Source of the DNA: Gammaproteobacteria bacterium
GTDB lineage: Bacteria > Pseudomonadota > Gammaproteobacteria > Ga0077536
Assembly: GCA_963662545.2 (NCBI GenBank)
Contig: CAXXLL010000003.1
Coordinates: forward strand, 160,001-224,000
Length of the DNA: 64,000 nt
Direction of reading: 5' to 3'
The notes under the pieces: generated by a model
The model's input: only the letters and a program-made list of their open reading frames with translations
What the model was told of the DNA's origin: nothing
The model's database searches: none
Program-made: the position numbers and the translations under genes
Shown here: positions 49,892 to 61,248 of the stretch, one piece after another
Position numbering within the stretch: the first letter of the stretch is position 1
Layout of the letters: every line of letters begins with the position of its first letter

Positions 49892-50767
49892 TCAGGAAAC
49901 GCGTTTATTGAGCCATCCGCTGAATTCGTTCCCCACCTCCGGGTGCTTGAGCGCGTAGTCGACGGTCGCTTGCAGGTAGCCGAATTTCGAACCACAATCG
50001 TAGCGCGTACCATCGAACTGGTAGGCGATCACCTGCTGGCGCTCGAGCAAGGTCGCGATGGCATCGGTGAGCTGTATCTCGTTGCCGGCTCCCCGTTCGG
50101 TCATTTCCAGGATGCGCATGATTCCAGCCGGCAGTATGTAGCGCCCGACCACGCCGAGATCGCTCGGCGCATCCTCCGGTTTGGGCTTTTCAACGATGCT
50201 CAACAGTCTGCTGCAACTACCCTCTAGCGGGCTGGTTTCCACGATGCCATACCTGCCGGTATCTGCGGGCGGGACCCGCTCGACGGCAATGACAGCGGCG
50301 TCGTAACGCTCGTAGTGCTCGACCATTTGCTTGAGACAACCTTTCTCACCGCCGTCGATCAAATCGTCCGGCAGCAACACGGCGAACGGTTCGTCGCCAA
50401 TGGCCGGCTGCGCGCACAGGACCGCGTGACCGAGGCCCAGCGGTTCGGCCTGCCGCACGTAGGCGCAGGCGACCCGGTCCGGAACAATGTTCTGCACGAT
50501 TTCGAGCAGGGCCTCCTTGCCGGCCTTTTCGAGTTCCGCTTCGAGTTCGTACGCTTTGTCGAAATGATCCTCGATCGACCGTTTCGTACGCCCGGTCACG
50601 AAGATTAATTCTTCGACGCCCGCTTCGACCGCTTCTTCGGCGGCATACTGGATCAGAGGCTTGTCGACGATGGGGAGCATTTCCTTGGGATTGGCTTTGG
50701 TTGCCGGTAGAAACCGGGTGCCCAGCCCCGCCACCGGGAAGACGGCTTTCCTGATCTTAGCGCTCAC
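49892..50767 (-). CDS. galU: UTP--glucose-1-phosphate uridylyltransferase
   Basis: [26 protein letters not shown]. Confidence 0.97.
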   Translation of the reverse strand: MSAKIRKAVFPVAGLGTRFLPATKANPKEMLPIVDKPLIQYAAEEAVEAGVEELIFVTGRTKRSIEDHFDKAYELEAELEKAGKEALLEIVQNIVPDRVACAYVRQAEPLGLGHAVLCAQPAIGDEPFAVLLPDDLIDGGEKGCLKQMVEHYERYDAAVIAVERVPPADTGRYGIVETSPLEGSCSRLLSIVEKPKPEDAPSDLGVVGRYILPAGIMRILEMTERGAGNEIQLTDAIATLLERQQVIAYQFDGTRYDCGSKFGYLQATVDYALKHPEVGNEFSGWLNKRVS

Positions 50768-52641
50768 TAAACGCCCCGGGTGAAAGACACCACGTTTGCG
50801 TTTCCATCGGCATCATCGCCATCCCCGACGAGTTCAGGAATGGCCTGGTGCAGGAGTTCCTCCACTTTTTCTTGATCGAAAGAATCCGTGGCGACGGCCA
50901 ATTTGGACAGGAGCGCGTTCAGCGTTTTGGGATTGACGTCGATATGTTGAGCGAGGAGCAACTTATCGTGGTGAGTCGGTGTCAGCGCTTCGGATTCATT
51001 AAACAACTCTTCGCTCAATTTTTCGCCGGCCCGTAAACCCGTATACACGATCGAAATATCCTCACCCGGATCGCGTCCCGACAATCGGATCATTTGCTCC
51101 GCGAGGTAGGTAATATTGACGGGTTCGCCCATATCCAGAACGAATATTTCCCCACCACTTCCCGCCGCCCCGGCCTGCAGGATCAGCTGGCACGCCTCGG
51201 GAATCGTCATGAAGTAACGCCGCGCCTCGGGATGCGTCACCGTGACCGGCCCGCCCGCCGCAATCTGTTCGGTAAACAAGGGCACGACGCTCCCCGCCGA
51301 GCCGAGCACGTTGCCGAATCGAACCGTCAGGAATTTCGTCTTCGACGTTTTATTGTGACCTTCACACAAAAGCTCGGCAAGCCGCTTGGTTGCGCCCATA
51401 ACGCTGCTCGGCCGCACCGCCTTGTCGGTGGAAATCAACACGAAACTTCCGGCTTCGTGCCGATGTGCCGCTTCGATCATTTCAGCGGTACCGAATACAT
51501 TATTGCGGACGGCCTCGCGCACCTGCGACTGCAGGATAGGCACGTGTTTATAGGCGGCGGCATGAAAGATCAGGGCCGGCTTGAACCGCTCGAAGACATT
51601 GTCGACTGCAGCGCGATCACAAACGTCGCCGATGACACTATGCAGGTTTAAATGAGGGTGAGACTCCCGCAATTCTTTATCGATCAGGTACAGATGATGC
51701 TCGCTGCGCTCAAACACGATCAGGCACGCAGCGCCCAATGAGGCCACCTGCCGGCAGAGTTCGGAGCCGACCGATCCGCCGCCACCGCTTACCAGTATCG
51801 ACTTGCCGGCAATTTCAGCTTGAATGAGCGTCCAATCGAGGATGACTTTATCCCTGCCGAGCAGATCGTCGATCGAGACCTCGCGCAGCGATTGGACGCT
51901 GGCGCGTCCGGAGATCATATCGTGCAACTGGGGCAGCGTCTGAAACGGCTTGCCGCTCTGTTCGCACGTCTCCACGATTTGCCGCATTTGAGCATTGCCG
52001 GCCGACGGGATGGCGATGACGATCGTTTCGGCGTCGTATCGCTCGACAATCTGCGGTAGCTGCCCGATCTTGCCCAGTACCGGGACGCCATGGATGCGCG
52101 AACGAATCAGATCTTCGTCATCGTCGACGATCCCGATCGGAATGTAGCTGCCCTCCCGCAGCATGTCGCGCACGACCATCTCGCCACCCATACCGCCGCC
52201 GACGATGATAACCCGCGTCCCGGGATAAATGTTTCGCAGGCTGATCGAATGATCTTTCCACACACGATAGAGCAATCTCGGGCCACCTAAGAGGAAGACG
52301 AGGAAGAAGGGATACAGGATCAGAACGGAACGCGGTATCCCCTCGAGCCGATTGATGAGAACGAGGATGATGCCGATCGTCACGGTGCCCAGCGCAGCGG
52401 CACGGATTATGTTCCACAGATCGGGCAGACTGGCAAACCGCCAGAGGCCCCGGTAGAGGCCGAACCGCCAGGACATCACGGCCTGTACGCCCAGCGCCAG
52501 CGGCAATGCGGTCAAGGTCGGAACGAGAAGCTCCTGCGGCGGAAGTTCGAAATTGAAACGCGCGAACAGCGCCGCAATCCAGGCGATTGCGATCGCGATC
52601 AGATCATGGAAGATGACCTTGAGGCGTGGACTGACGCTCAT
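50767..52641 (-). CDS. Membrane UDP-GlcNAc 4,6-dehydratase (WbpM/PglF/CapD family)
   Basis: N-terminal TMs; [26 protein letters not shown] and VRFGNVLGS. Confidence 0.93.
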   Translation of the reverse strand: MSVSPRLKVIFHDLIAIAIAWIAALFARFNFELPPQELLVPTLTALPLALGVQAVMSWRFGLYRGLWRFASLPDLWNIIRAAALGTVTIGIILVLINRLEGIPRSVLILYPFFLVFLLGGPRLLYRVWKDHSISLRNIYPGTRVIIVGGGMGGEMVVRDMLREGSYIPIGIVDDDEDLIRSRIHGVPVLGKIGQLPQIVERYDAETIVIAIPSAGNAQMRQIVETCEQSGKPFQTLPQLHDMISGRASVQSLREVSIDDLLGRDKVILDWTLIQAEIAGKSILVSGGGGSVGSELCRQVASLGAACLIVFERSEHHLYLIDKELRESHPHLNLHSVIGDVCDRAAVDNVFERFKPALIFHAAAYKHVPILQSQVREAVRNNVFGTAEMIEAAHRHEAGSFVLISTDKAVRPSSVMGATKRLAELLCEGHNKTSKTKFLTVRFGNVLGSAGSVVPLFTEQIAAGGPVTVTHPEARRYFMTIPEACQLILQAGAAGSGGEIFVLDMGEPVNITYLAEQMIRLSGRDPGEDISIVYTGLRAGEKLSEELFNESEALTPTHHDKLLLAQHIDVNPKTLNALLSKLAVATDSFDQEKVEELLHQAIPELVGDGDDADGNANVVSFTRGV

Positions 52642-52644
52642 CGC

Positions 52645-53670
52645 TTACTGGATTGTCGTCGGCACCGTGTGGTCGCGCATAATCATAAACCAGATCATAC
52701 CAGCAAGACCTACGGCCAGCAGCGCCGCGATCCATTCCCTGTCGTGTTCTACGACGGCCCACGCCGCAAGCGGCCAATAGATGAAAACCGTCAGCGCAGC
52801 GAGCGCAATCGCAAGCCGGTTGGGAGACCAGCCCTTCAAGATCAAAACCTGGAAAGCGTGTGTTCGATGAGCTTCCCACCAAGAGTCGCCCGAGAGAAGG
52901 CGGCGTAGCAAGGTGAAGGTCGCGTCGACCAAGAACAGGGCAAATAGCACGATCCACGGAGCAATCGATTGACCGTAGCGTACGCCCACGATCGCCAGGG
53001 CGGCGAATTGAAACCCCAGAAAGTAGCTGCCTGAATCCCCCATGAAGACGCGCGCCGGAGCGCGGTTCCAATAAAGAAAGCCGAGCGCCGCACCCGCTAC
53101 TGCGGCTGCGACCACGGCAGCTTGCCCGGCGCCGCTGTGCAGTAAAAGGGCAACCGCCGCGACCGAATAGAGAAAGGCCTGCGTGCCGGCATATCCATCG
53201 GCACCATCCATGAAGTTGAAGAGGTTGACGACCCACACGACGAGAACCGTCGATACGACCGTTACAAGGACGGCTGGCACTACCAGCCCGGGGATTTCCA
53301 CGTCCGCCAATGCGATCGAGGTAAACACGGCGACGATCACGAACTGCGCGATCAGGCGCAACATAGCCGAACGCGAGCGGTAATCGTCCCACCATCCGAG
53401 TAACGCAAAACTCGCGCCCCCCAACCACCATGCCATGTCGGCTGGCATCGCAGCATCGTGATGCGTCGCCAAAATCCAAGCCTGGATCATCAGGACGATA
53501 CCGGCGATCCCGAGACCGGCCCCACGCGGTACCGGTACGCTGTGGAGGCTGCGGTCGTTGGGCAGATCCAGCATCGACGCGCGTATCAGATAGGGCAGCG
53601 CGCGCCCGATAAGCAATGCCGTCGCGGCTGCCGAGAAAGCGAGCACAGCGACGGTGACTGCGAGCGTCAT
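52645..53670 (-). CDS. Undecaprenyl-phosphate sugar-1-phosphate transferase (WbpL/WecA, MraY-like)
   Basis: PRGAG, WDD, NFMDGADG, FMGDSGS and AHRTH.FQ. Confidence 0.9.
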   Translation of the reverse strand: MTLAVTVAVLAFSAAATALLIGRALPYLIRASMLDLPNDRSLHSVPVPRGAGLGIAGIVLMIQAWILATHHDAAMPADMAWWLGGASFALLGWWDDYRSRSAMLRLIAQFVIVAVFTSIALADVEIPGLVVPAVLVTVVSTVLVVWVVNLFNFMDGADGYAGTQAFLYSVAAVALLLHSGAGQAAVVAAAVAGAALGFLYWNRAPARVFMGDSGSYFLGFQFAALAIVGVRYGQSIAPWIVLFALFLVDATFTLLRRLLSGDSWWEAHRTHAFQVLILKGWSPNRLAIALAALTVFIYWPLAAWAVVEHDREWIAALLAVGLAGMIWFMIMRDHTVPTTIQ

Positions 53671-54617
53671 TGGACTGTTGATTGAAACCAGGCGGCCGTT
53701 TCCCGCATCGCCTGTGCGAACGGCGTTTTCGGTTCCCACCCGAGACCATCGCGCGCGCCGGCCGCGTCAACCAGCAGCGATCCGGTCAGACGTTCAATCG
53801 CATCGCGCCGGCCGGTAAGCGTTCCAAGCGCTTGCAACAACCATGAAGGACAGGAAAAGATCTTTGGTTCGACATCCAGTGAGCGCGCCATCGCCCGCAC
53901 CAGATCCGGCGTCGAGAGTTCGATATCCGCGAGGGTGAATCCCTGCAGACCGACCGGTCCGTCACGCGCTGCACAGACGACGGCATCCGCCAGATTGCCA
54001 ACATAGATCATGCTGCGTTGGTTGCTGATATCGGCCAGCGGCAGCACGCGGCCGCGCGCGATCCAACGCATCAACGCCAGCAGATTACCCTTCATTCCGG
54101 GACCATAGACCAACGGCGGCCGCAGAACGGTGACCGCCAGATCGTCCTCCATCGCTAACTCCTTTAACGACTGTTCCGCGCGCCACTTACTCGCGCCGTA
54201 GTTGTCTCGCGGCGCGGGTGGATCGTCGAAGCGAAAACCAGGCAGAGCCGAACTGTGCTCACCATTGACCTTGATCGAACTCATGAACACCAGGCGGCGG
54301 ACATTGGCATCACGCGCTGCCTCGGCCAGCCTGCGCGTTGCGGCGACGTTGATCGACGCGTAGCGCGGCGTAGCGGCGCGGGACATGAGATCTGCCGAAT
54401 GCGTCACAGCCGCCAGATGAATGACGACATCGATGCCGTCCAAAAGGCTGTGCCACGCCTCGTATTCCTCGATCGCGCCGATCGCTGCGGGCAGCGTACC
54501 CGGCGGCTCGCGCCCGCCCCTGCGGCAGGCGGCCACCACCTCATGTCCCGATTCGCACAGGCGCTTACACACACAGCGACCGATGAAGCCATCCGCACCA
54601 GTTACGAGTATCCGCAT
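53667..54617 (-). CDS. NAD-dependent epimerase/dehydratase (WbpK/WbpV-like)
   Basis: GADGFIG, SSIKVNGE, YGASK and RPPLVYGPG. Confidence 0.9.
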   Translation of the reverse strand: MRILVTGADGFIGRCVCKRLCESGHEVVAACRRGGREPPGTLPAAIGAIEEYEAWHSLLDGIDVVIHLAAVTHSADLMSRAATPRYASINVAATRRLAEAARDANVRRLVFMSSIKVNGEHSSALPGFRFDDPPAPRDNYGASKWRAEQSLKELAMEDDLAVTVLRPPLVYGPGMKGNLLALMRWIARGRVLPLADISNQRSMIYVGNLADAVVCAARDGPVGLQGFTLADIELSTPDLVRAMARSLDVEPKIFSCPSWLLQALGTLTGRRDAIERLTGSLLVDAAGARDGLGWEPKTPFAQAMRETAAWFQSTVQ

Positions 54618-54635
54618 GATCGTGAAGTTCTGCGT

Positions 54636-55814
54636 TTAGCCGGATCTGGATGCGTTGGAGAACGTTGCGTCTAGGATCTCGTCGTAAAATTCCAGCGTTT
54701 CGCGCGCGACTCGTTCGAGCGAGAAATCCCGCGCAACGAGATCGCGGGCGTTCTGTGCGTAGCGGCGGCGGAGCTCGGGATCAGCCAGCAGTTTTTCGAT
54801 CGCCTGCGACAGCGCAGGGGCGTCCCTGACAGGCACCACAAGACCCGTTTGCCGATCAACGCAGATCTCGCGGCAGCCCGGGACGTCCGTCGCGATAAGC
54901 GGGCGCGCGCAGGCGGCACCCTCGAGCAGGCAACGCGGCAGTCCCTCGCGATAAGACGGCAGACAGACCAAGGCGGACCGCGCGTACACCTCCGGCATGT
55001 TGCGGCAATGTCCCCACCATTCGACGACGCCCTCATCGAGCCAACGTTTCAAACTCGCCCTGTCCACGGCGCCGGGGTTGTCCGGATCATGCGCACCGGC
55101 AAGTACGAATCGCGCCGCTACGCCCCGTTCACGAAGCACGCGCGCTGCCTCGACGAATTCATTGACGCCCTTGTCGGCGAGAATGCGGGCGGGTAGTAGA
55201 ACGATGGGTGGGGTTTCTTCGAGAACGGGCTGCGGACGGTATTCATCGACGTCAACGCCGGATCCGCGAATGAGTTTGCTGCGCCCATCCGCGTCGATGC
55301 CGTGCGCTCGGAGCAATGCGAGATCGTCGGTGTTCTGCGCGAGGATCCACGACCCCGGACGGCTTAACAGCCGACGTAAGAGGCGGCCGACTACCGGTTT
55401 CAAACAACGTGCCAGGGGCGCCGTGGACGAAAACAAATAGCCGAGCCCTGTGAACGCCGAAATGCTGGGCGTATCCCGGTCACCGTTGAGCGCACACCCG
55501 CCCAAAAGGATGGGCTTTAACGATACCAGATGCACGATATCCGGCTGCAAATCCGACAGTAGCCGTCGAATCGCGCGGTAGGCCTGGAAATCTCGTAATG
55601 GGTGGCGCAAAGAACGTTCGAAAGGGATGTCGACCAAGGCAAAGCCTTCCGCCTCGAGTTCGGCGCGACGCGATCCGATGCGCGTACCGACGCACACCTC
55701 GTAGCCGGCGTCGCGGGCGAATCGCGCGAGTCCAATCCGGTGAGAGCAGAAATACCAGTCTTCGGTTACCAGAAAAGTGACCCGTCGTTTGCGCTCGGAA
55801 CGGTTGGCGTTCAA
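54636..55814 (-). CDS. GT4 glycosyltransferase (CapM-like)
   Basis: EDWYFCSHR, DKGVNEF, PSYREGLPR and TDVPGCRE. Confidence 0.9.
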   Translation of the reverse strand: MNANRSERKRRVTFLVTEDWYFCSHRIGLARFARDAGYEVCVGTRIGSRRAELEAEGFALVDIPFERSLRHPLRDFQAYRAIRRLLSDLQPDIVHLVSLKPILLGGCALNGDRDTPSISAFTGLGYLFSSTAPLARCLKPVVGRLLRRLLSRPGSWILAQNTDDLALLRAHGIDADGRSKLIRGSGVDVDEYRPQPVLEETPPIVLLPARILADKGVNEFVEAARVLRERGVAARFVLAGAHDPDNPGAVDRASLKRWLDEGVVEWWGHCRNMPEVYARSALVCLPSYREGLPRCLLEGAACARPLIATDVPGCREICVDRQTGLVVPVRDAPALSQAIEKLLADPELRRRYAQNARDLVARDFSLERVARETLEFYDEILDATFSNASRSG

Positions 55815-55895
55815 TCGCTGCTCACCTTGACCGCGAAATTAAATTCGCCCGCAAGCGGGCGAATCGAAATCTGACTCGTGAATCGGAACACCTGC

Positions 55896-57848
55896 TTAGT
55901 ACCCCCAGACGTCGCGCCAGGCTTCGAAGTTGAGAATGCCCCATAACTGATACTGCAGGTTTTGCCCGCCGGCAAGATGTGCGTGCCAGGTGTCGCGGGC
56001 GACTTGCGGTTCGAAATACCCTCCCGCGCGCAAGCGCTGCTCGCTCAGCAGATCTTCCGCCCATTCCCGCAACGGGCCGCGCAGCCAGGCGTCGATGGGG
56101 ACGCCAAACCCCTGCTTGGGACGATCGAACAGGGGCCGCGGCAGATATCGCTCCAGCACCCGCCGCAGGATCCATTTGCCCTCATTGCCGCGCAGTTTGT
56201 GATCGAGTGGCAGGCGCCATGCGAAATCGATGACAGCCGGATCCAGAAACGGGATCCGGGTTTCAAGGCTGCAGGCCATCGCGGCACGATCGACCTTGGT
56301 CAGGATATCGCCGGGCAGATAGTGCTTTGCGTCGAGGACCATCATTTTGGAAATGGAATCAAACGCGGCGCCCGAAGGGAACTTCATGTCGGTTTCGTCA
56401 ACGGTATCGCGCACGCCCATGACCAGTTCGGACGGTCGTTGCCACAATGAGACCAGCCTGACGTACAGGTCGAGTGGGTCGATTGCGGTCAACAAACGCG
56501 CGAGCTTGTGTATCTTGTCGCCCGCGCTGGCGTAGCGGTAGCGCACCGGCAGCAACGGCGAGAGGGTTCCGAACAGCAAGTCCCATGCGCGCGGACTCAG
56601 AGCGTGCAATACACGGGCAGCAACTCCGCGCATTGGCATCGGCAGGGAAGCGACGCGGCGCCAGATAGTGCCGACGAGTGTATATCGAAGGTAACCTGCA
56701 AACAGCTCGTCACCGGCGTCCCCGGACATCGCCACCGTCACCGCGCGGCGCGCGAGACGCGCGACGAGAAAGGTCGGGATCTGTGAGGAGTCGGCGAAGG
56801 GTTCATCATAGATCGTGCACATTCGCGGAATGACGCTTAGCGCCGCGGCGGCGTCGACATATAACTCGGTATGATCAGTGCCGAGGTGCGCGGCGACCGC
56901 TTTGGCCTGCGGCGCTTCGTTATAACCCGGGATATCGAAGCCGATACTGAACGTCTTGATGGCCTCGGTGCTTTGGGCCTGCATCAAGGCTACGATGATC
57001 GAGGAATCGATCCCGCCCGAAAGGAAGGCGCCCAACGGTACATCCGCTACCGCGCGCTGTCGTACCACGCGGCGCAGCAATATATCGAGCTGCTCTACCG
57101 CTTCCCGCTCGTCGAGCGGCTGCATGGCGTTCAAGCCCGCTTCCGCCGTCGCTTCGAGCGACCAATATTCGCGGACTTGGGGCAGTGTTCCGGCCGAGGC
57201 CGCGGACAGGACGCACCAGCTTCCGGGAGTGAGTTTTCGAAACCCCTTGAAAACGCAGTGCGGATCGGGGATGTAATTGTAGCGCACGTAAAGGGCCAGC
57301 GCTTCGCGGTCGATGGCGGGCTTGAAGCCGTCGATGACCGTAAACGCCTTGAGCTCTGAGGCGAACAGGAAATCGCTGCCGTACCAACCGTAATAGAGCG
57401 GCTTCTCCCCGACTTTGTCCCGCGCGAGGAATAGACACCGGTCCCGCCGATCCCACACTGCGAGGGCAAACATCCCGTCGACGGCTTGCAGCGCCGATTC
57501 GAGGCCCCACTCAGCGATCGACTGGAGTAGAACTTCCGTATCGGAACGCCCCGTAAATCGATGCCCCAGGTCCTCGAGCTGCTCTCGCAATTCGGCAAAG
57601 TTGTAGATTTCACCGTTGTAGGTCATGACGTACCGTTCGCAGTGGGAGCTCATCGGTTGATGGCCTGCCTCCGATACATCGATCACGGAAAGCCGCGCAT
57701 GTCCTAGCGCGACTCCTTCGGATACGGCCGACCACGAACCCGAGGAATCGGGACCGCGGTGATCGAGCATCGCGGCCATCGCCTTGGCCCGCGATTCGAG
57801 GCCGTCCGCATCCGATCGGATCGTGAGAATACCTGCTATACCGCACAT
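55896..57848 (-). CDS. asnB: Asparagine synthase-like glutamine amidotransferase (WbpS-like polysaccharide amidation)
   Basis: MCGIAG start, HRGPD, NGEIYN, FLSGGIDSS and LTKVDRAAM. Confidence 0.93.
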   Translation of the reverse strand: MCGIAGILTIRSDADGLESRAKAMAAMLDHRGPDSSGSWSAVSEGVALGHARLSVIDVSEAGHQPMSSHCERYVMTYNGEIYNFAELREQLEDLGHRFTGRSDTEVLLQSIAEWGLESALQAVDGMFALAVWDRRDRCLFLARDKVGEKPLYYGWYGSDFLFASELKAFTVIDGFKPAIDREALALYVRYNYIPDPHCVFKGFRKLTPGSWCVLSAASAGTLPQVREYWSLEATAEAGLNAMQPLDEREAVEQLDILLRRVVRQRAVADVPLGAFLSGGIDSSIIVALMQAQSTEAIKTFSIGFDIPGYNEAPQAKAVAAHLGTDHTELYVDAAAALSVIPRMCTIYDEPFADSSQIPTFLVARLARRAVTVAMSGDAGDELFAGYLRYTLVGTIWRRVASLPMPMRGVAARVLHALSPRAWDLLFGTLSPLLPVRYRYASAGDKIHKLARLLTAIDPLDLYVRLVSLWQRPSELVMGVRDTVDETDMKFPSGAAFDSISKMMVLDAKHYLPGDILTKVDRAAMACSLETRIPFLDPAVIDFAWRLPLDHKLRGNEGKWILRRVLERYLPRPLFDRPKQGFGVPIDAWLRGPLREWAEDLLSEQRLRAGGYFEPQVARDTWHAHLAGGQNLQYQLWGILNFEAWRDVWGY

Positions 57849-57956
57849 AAGAATCGCCAGCAATTCATTGCGCGATCCGGGACGGGGAATGTCCAGGCCT
57901 CCGCGGCGTGATACCGCATGGCGCCACTTCGAACACATGTCCCACCCGCATGCGTA

Positions 57957-59108
57957 TCACGCAATGCGGGCGGACTCCGGCACGGGCATGGCCGCACCTG
58001 ACGCGAGATTGCCATAGAGATCGGCATATGCCTGAGCGCACGATTGGAGTCCGAACCGTCGTATGACACGATCGTGCGCGGTGCGACCCAAGGCGAGGCG
58101 ATCTTCATCTTCGATCAAGGACAACAAAGCCCGCGTCAGTGCAGCCTCGTCGTCAGCGGGTATTAACAGGCCGCAGCCCTCGAGCGCGTCGGGATTGCCG
58201 CCGACATCCGTCGCGACCGTCGCCAGGCCCGCGCGCATCTTCTCGAGCAGGGAATTACTGAATCCCTCCTGCTTGGACGGCAATGCCGCGATGTCACAGG
58301 CCGACAAGTAGACCGATAATTCGTCTTTTTCGCCTTCCCAGCGAACGATACTGCCGATTCCGACTTCGTCGGCATGACGTTGAAGATCAGCGCCGATCCC
58401 GTCGTCACGTCCGACACAAAACCAGACCAGAGCGTTTTTTGCCTGATCAGGCAAGGCCGCGATCGCGTCGAGCAGCGTCATGTGCCCCTTGTACGGGATC
58501 AGGTTGCCGATGGTGAGCCCCGCGACGACGCCGTCGGCCAGATCCAGTTGATCGCGTGCGCGCTCCACTTCGTCGGTGCTCGGCAATGCACTCGGCGCAA
58601 TACCACTGTAGATGAGCCCGATTTTGGACGGGGCGGCACCCTCGCCTTTGAGTTGCGCGATGATCGCCCGTGAGTTTCCGAGCAGCACCGTCGTGAAGCG
58701 GTGTAGAGCGCTTTCCAGGGTTCGAAATCCCGGATATTTCCGTTGATAGTCGTCCAGGCTGCGCCGGCTCATAACCCGGCGGGCGGTGCCCGTGAACATC
58801 GAACAAATCGAGCCAACGACATAAGCTTCCGGGAGAAAGAAATGCATCACGTTCGGCCGATAAACTCGCAATTGACGGGTGAGCCGAATCATCAGGGCCG
58901 GCAGCGAGTGCCAACCACGCCCGCCGATCCCTTCAAAGACATCGATACCCGCGTCGCGCATCAAAGGGGTCAACACGCCGCCGGCCTGCAGAGTGAATAC
59001 GGCGGTCTCTATGCCGCGATGTTTCAATACCGGCAATACCGCCAGCAGATGCCGTTCTGTTCCGCCACGGTCGAGCTTGCCGATGACGACGGCAACTCTA
59101 ACCCGCAT
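57957..59108 (-). CDS. GT4 glycosyltransferase
   Basis: GGTERH, KGH, EGFSNSLLE and TDVGGN. Confidence 0.9.
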   Translation of the reverse strand: MRVRVAVVIGKLDRGGTERHLLAVLPVLKHRGIETAVFTLQAGGVLTPLMRDAGIDVFEGIGGRGWHSLPALMIRLTRQLRVYRPNVMHFFLPEAYVVGSICSMFTGTARRVMSRRSLDDYQRKYPGFRTLESALHRFTTVLLGNSRAIIAQLKGEGAAPSKIGLIYSGIAPSALPSTDEVERARDQLDLADGVVAGLTIGNLIPYKGHMTLLDAIAALPDQAKNALVWFCVGRDDGIGADLQRHADEVGIGSIVRWEGEKDELSVYLSACDIAALPSKQEGFSNSLLEKMRAGLATVATDVGGNPDALEGCGLLIPADDEAALTRALLSLIEDEDRLALGRTAHDRVIRRFGLQSCAQAYADLYGNLASGAAMPVPESARIA

Positions 59109-59146
59109 TACTCACCAATCTCCTGCTCCGAACTCCGCGCACTGAG

Positions 59147-60259
59147 TCATGTGATGCTCAACTCGTGGAATAGTTTAAACCACGCACGCTTGATGGTGTC
59201 GGGATGAAATCGCTGGGCTACCTGAGGTGCGTTCGCGGCCAACTTGCTGCGCAAGCCCTCATCTTCGATCAAGTTTCTCAGGGCCTTCGCCATGGCATCG
59301 ATGTCTCCTGCGGTAACGAGAAGTCCGTTGATCCTGTCTGCTACAATCTCGCGCGGACCGCTCGGACAATCTGTGGCAATCACCGCGCAACCCGACGCCA
59401 TGGCCTCACACAGCGCAATGCCAAACCCTTCGTGCCGCGAGCTCGAAACGAAGATCGCGGCTTTTTGATAAAACGCCCAGGGATCGGATTTCACCCCCGG
59501 TAGCGACACGCGATCCACCAAGCCCAGTTGCGCGACCGCCTGTTCGAGGCTGGCGCGTTGGCCGCCTTCGCCCAGGATCAACAAGCGCCAGTCCGGTCGA
59601 TCATAGGTCGCCTCGGCAAATGCCGGAATGAGCAGGTCATATCCTTTTTCGGATCCCAGGCGACCGACCGAGAGGACGAGCTGGTCGCGTGAAGTACGGT
59701 CCGGATCCGGCAGCACGTCGGGAACCGGGACTGCGTTCGCGATCACGCGGACGCGGATCAGGGGCAGGCGCTCGAACCATTCGCGCGCACCGCGGCTGTG
59801 CACCACCAACCGGCTCGCCAGCGGGTAGCTCAGCCAACGGAGGAGCCGCCAGATCCTGCCCTGTGGTGAAAACGACGGCTCCGATTCCTCGCAGACGATG
59901 ATGCGTAAGCCTAGACCGAATGATGCCAACAGAGTGAGAACGTTGGTGACGTGTACAAACGAAATGACCAGCGCCGGCTCGGCATCCGCCAACGCTTTTC
60001 GTAGCGATTTGAGCCGCCTCCAGTTCGCCGCGAGTGCCTCCCCAGGCGAACGGCTGTCACGCGTCAAATCGAGCCGTTTTACTCGAACGCCGGATACGAG
60101 CGCCGCAGTTGCGAACTCGGTCGCCACAGGCTCGAAGGTCAGGACATCGACGTCAAATCCTTCACCAGCCAGCATATTCGTGAGGTGGATCGCCGAGCGT
60201 TCGGCGCCGCCTACACCGAGGCTGCTGATCACGATCACGATGCGGCCTTGCTCGGCCAC
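59147..60259 (-). CDS. GT4 glycosyltransferase (PglJ/AmsD-like)
   Basis: GGAER, GRL..EKG, SRHEGFGIALCEAM and DCPSGPREI. Confidence 0.9.
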   Translation of the reverse strand: MAEQGRIVIVISSLGVGGAERSAIHLTNMLAGEGFDVDVLTFEPVATEFATAALVSGVRVKRLDLTRDSRSPGEALAANWRRLKSLRKALADAEPALVISFVHVTNVLTLLASFGLGLRIIVCEESEPSFSPQGRIWRLLRWLSYPLASRLVVHSRGAREWFERLPLIRVRVIANAVPVPDVLPDPDRTSRDQLVLSVGRLGSEKGYDLLIPAFAEATYDRPDWRLLILGEGGQRASLEQAVAQLGLVDRVSLPGVKSDPWAFYQKAAIFVSSSRHEGFGIALCEAMASGCAVIATDCPSGPREIVADRINGLLVTAGDIDAMAKALRNLIEDEGLRSKLAANAPQVAQRFHPDTIKRAWFKLFHELSIT

Positions 60260-60269
60260 GCCCGCCGAA

Positions 60270-61235
60270 TCACGCGTCGAGTTCGTTGTCGATGTCTCTT
60301 TTATCGAGATAGCGCCCGTAGATAGTTTTGAGCGGCCGGCTCATTGGCAGCAGGGACAAATAGCCCATTAGTTTCAACGACCGACGGCGATCCGAACGGA
60401 TGCGTCGCGGCCAAACGGCACGATGCGCGAATGACTTCCATAAGTACCGGCGCGCCGGAACGCGTTCGTCATGGAGCGCCAGCACCGCGGCGAAATAATA
60501 GGCGGCGCTCAGCGCCTGGCTTTCCAGACGACGTATCGATTCAGACAGGTCATCGCGCGCGAAGAACGATTCGATCAGGCGAATCCTTGACGCCGCCATC
60601 GCTGCTGAGCGATTACTCATCGAGGTATTCGCTTCATGGCGACGCCACGAAGCGAGCACCCGCGGAATGCGTTGCATTGGCCCACGCGAACCAAGGCGCA
60701 GCCACGCCTCGAAATCACCGTTCAGGGGGAACGCCGCCGAACGAACCGCTTCGTCCCCGAACGCTGAACGGCGAAAGAACGTGCCGGGTCCGGGAATGCA
60801 GTAATGCTCCTCGAGCATGCGTGCAAAATCGTAATCGGGCGCCTCGTGGATCGCCGCCGCACCGCCGCGCTCATCGATCGACTGCCAGTCGGGATAGACC
60901 GCAACCAGCGCTTCGTTTTTCGCGAGAACCTCGGTCGCGGCCGCGATGAGCCCGGGCAGTATGGGATCATCCGCATTGACGATTGCGATGATGTCGTTCG
61001 AGGCGGCTTCTACCCCGGCATTGACGGCGGCCGACTCGCCTTGATTGTCCTGATGGAGAATCCTGACCCTGGCCGCGTATTTACCGAGCAGCTCGGGCGT
61101 GCCATCCCGCGACCCGTCATCGACGACGACGTATTCGAGATCCGGATAATTTTGCTCGAGAACGCTCAAGAGCGTCTCTTCGATGAAAGCTTCGCCGTTG
61201 TAAACCGGCGTGATGATCGTTGCCGGAAGCGACAA
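60270..61235 (-). CDS. GT2 glycosyltransferase
   Basis: ITPVYNG, DDGSRD, NQGES and NADD. Confidence 0.88.
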   Translation of the reverse strand: MSLPATIITPVYNGEAFIEETLLSVLEQNYPDLEYVVVDDGSRDGTPELLGKYAARVRILHQDNQGESAAVNAGVEAASNDIIAIVNADDPILPGLIAAATEVLAKNEALVAVYPDWQSIDERGGAAAIHEAPDYDFARMLEEHYCIPGPGTFFRRSAFGDEAVRSAAFPLNGDFEAWLRLGSRGPMQRIPRVLASWRRHEANTSMSNRSAAMAASRIRLIESFFARDDLSESIRRLESQALSAAYYFAAVLALHDERVPARRYLWKSFAHRAVWPRRIRSDRRRSLKLMGYLSLLPMSRPLKTIYGRYLDKRDIDNELDA

Positions 61236-61248
61236 AGGCTTGCGAGTC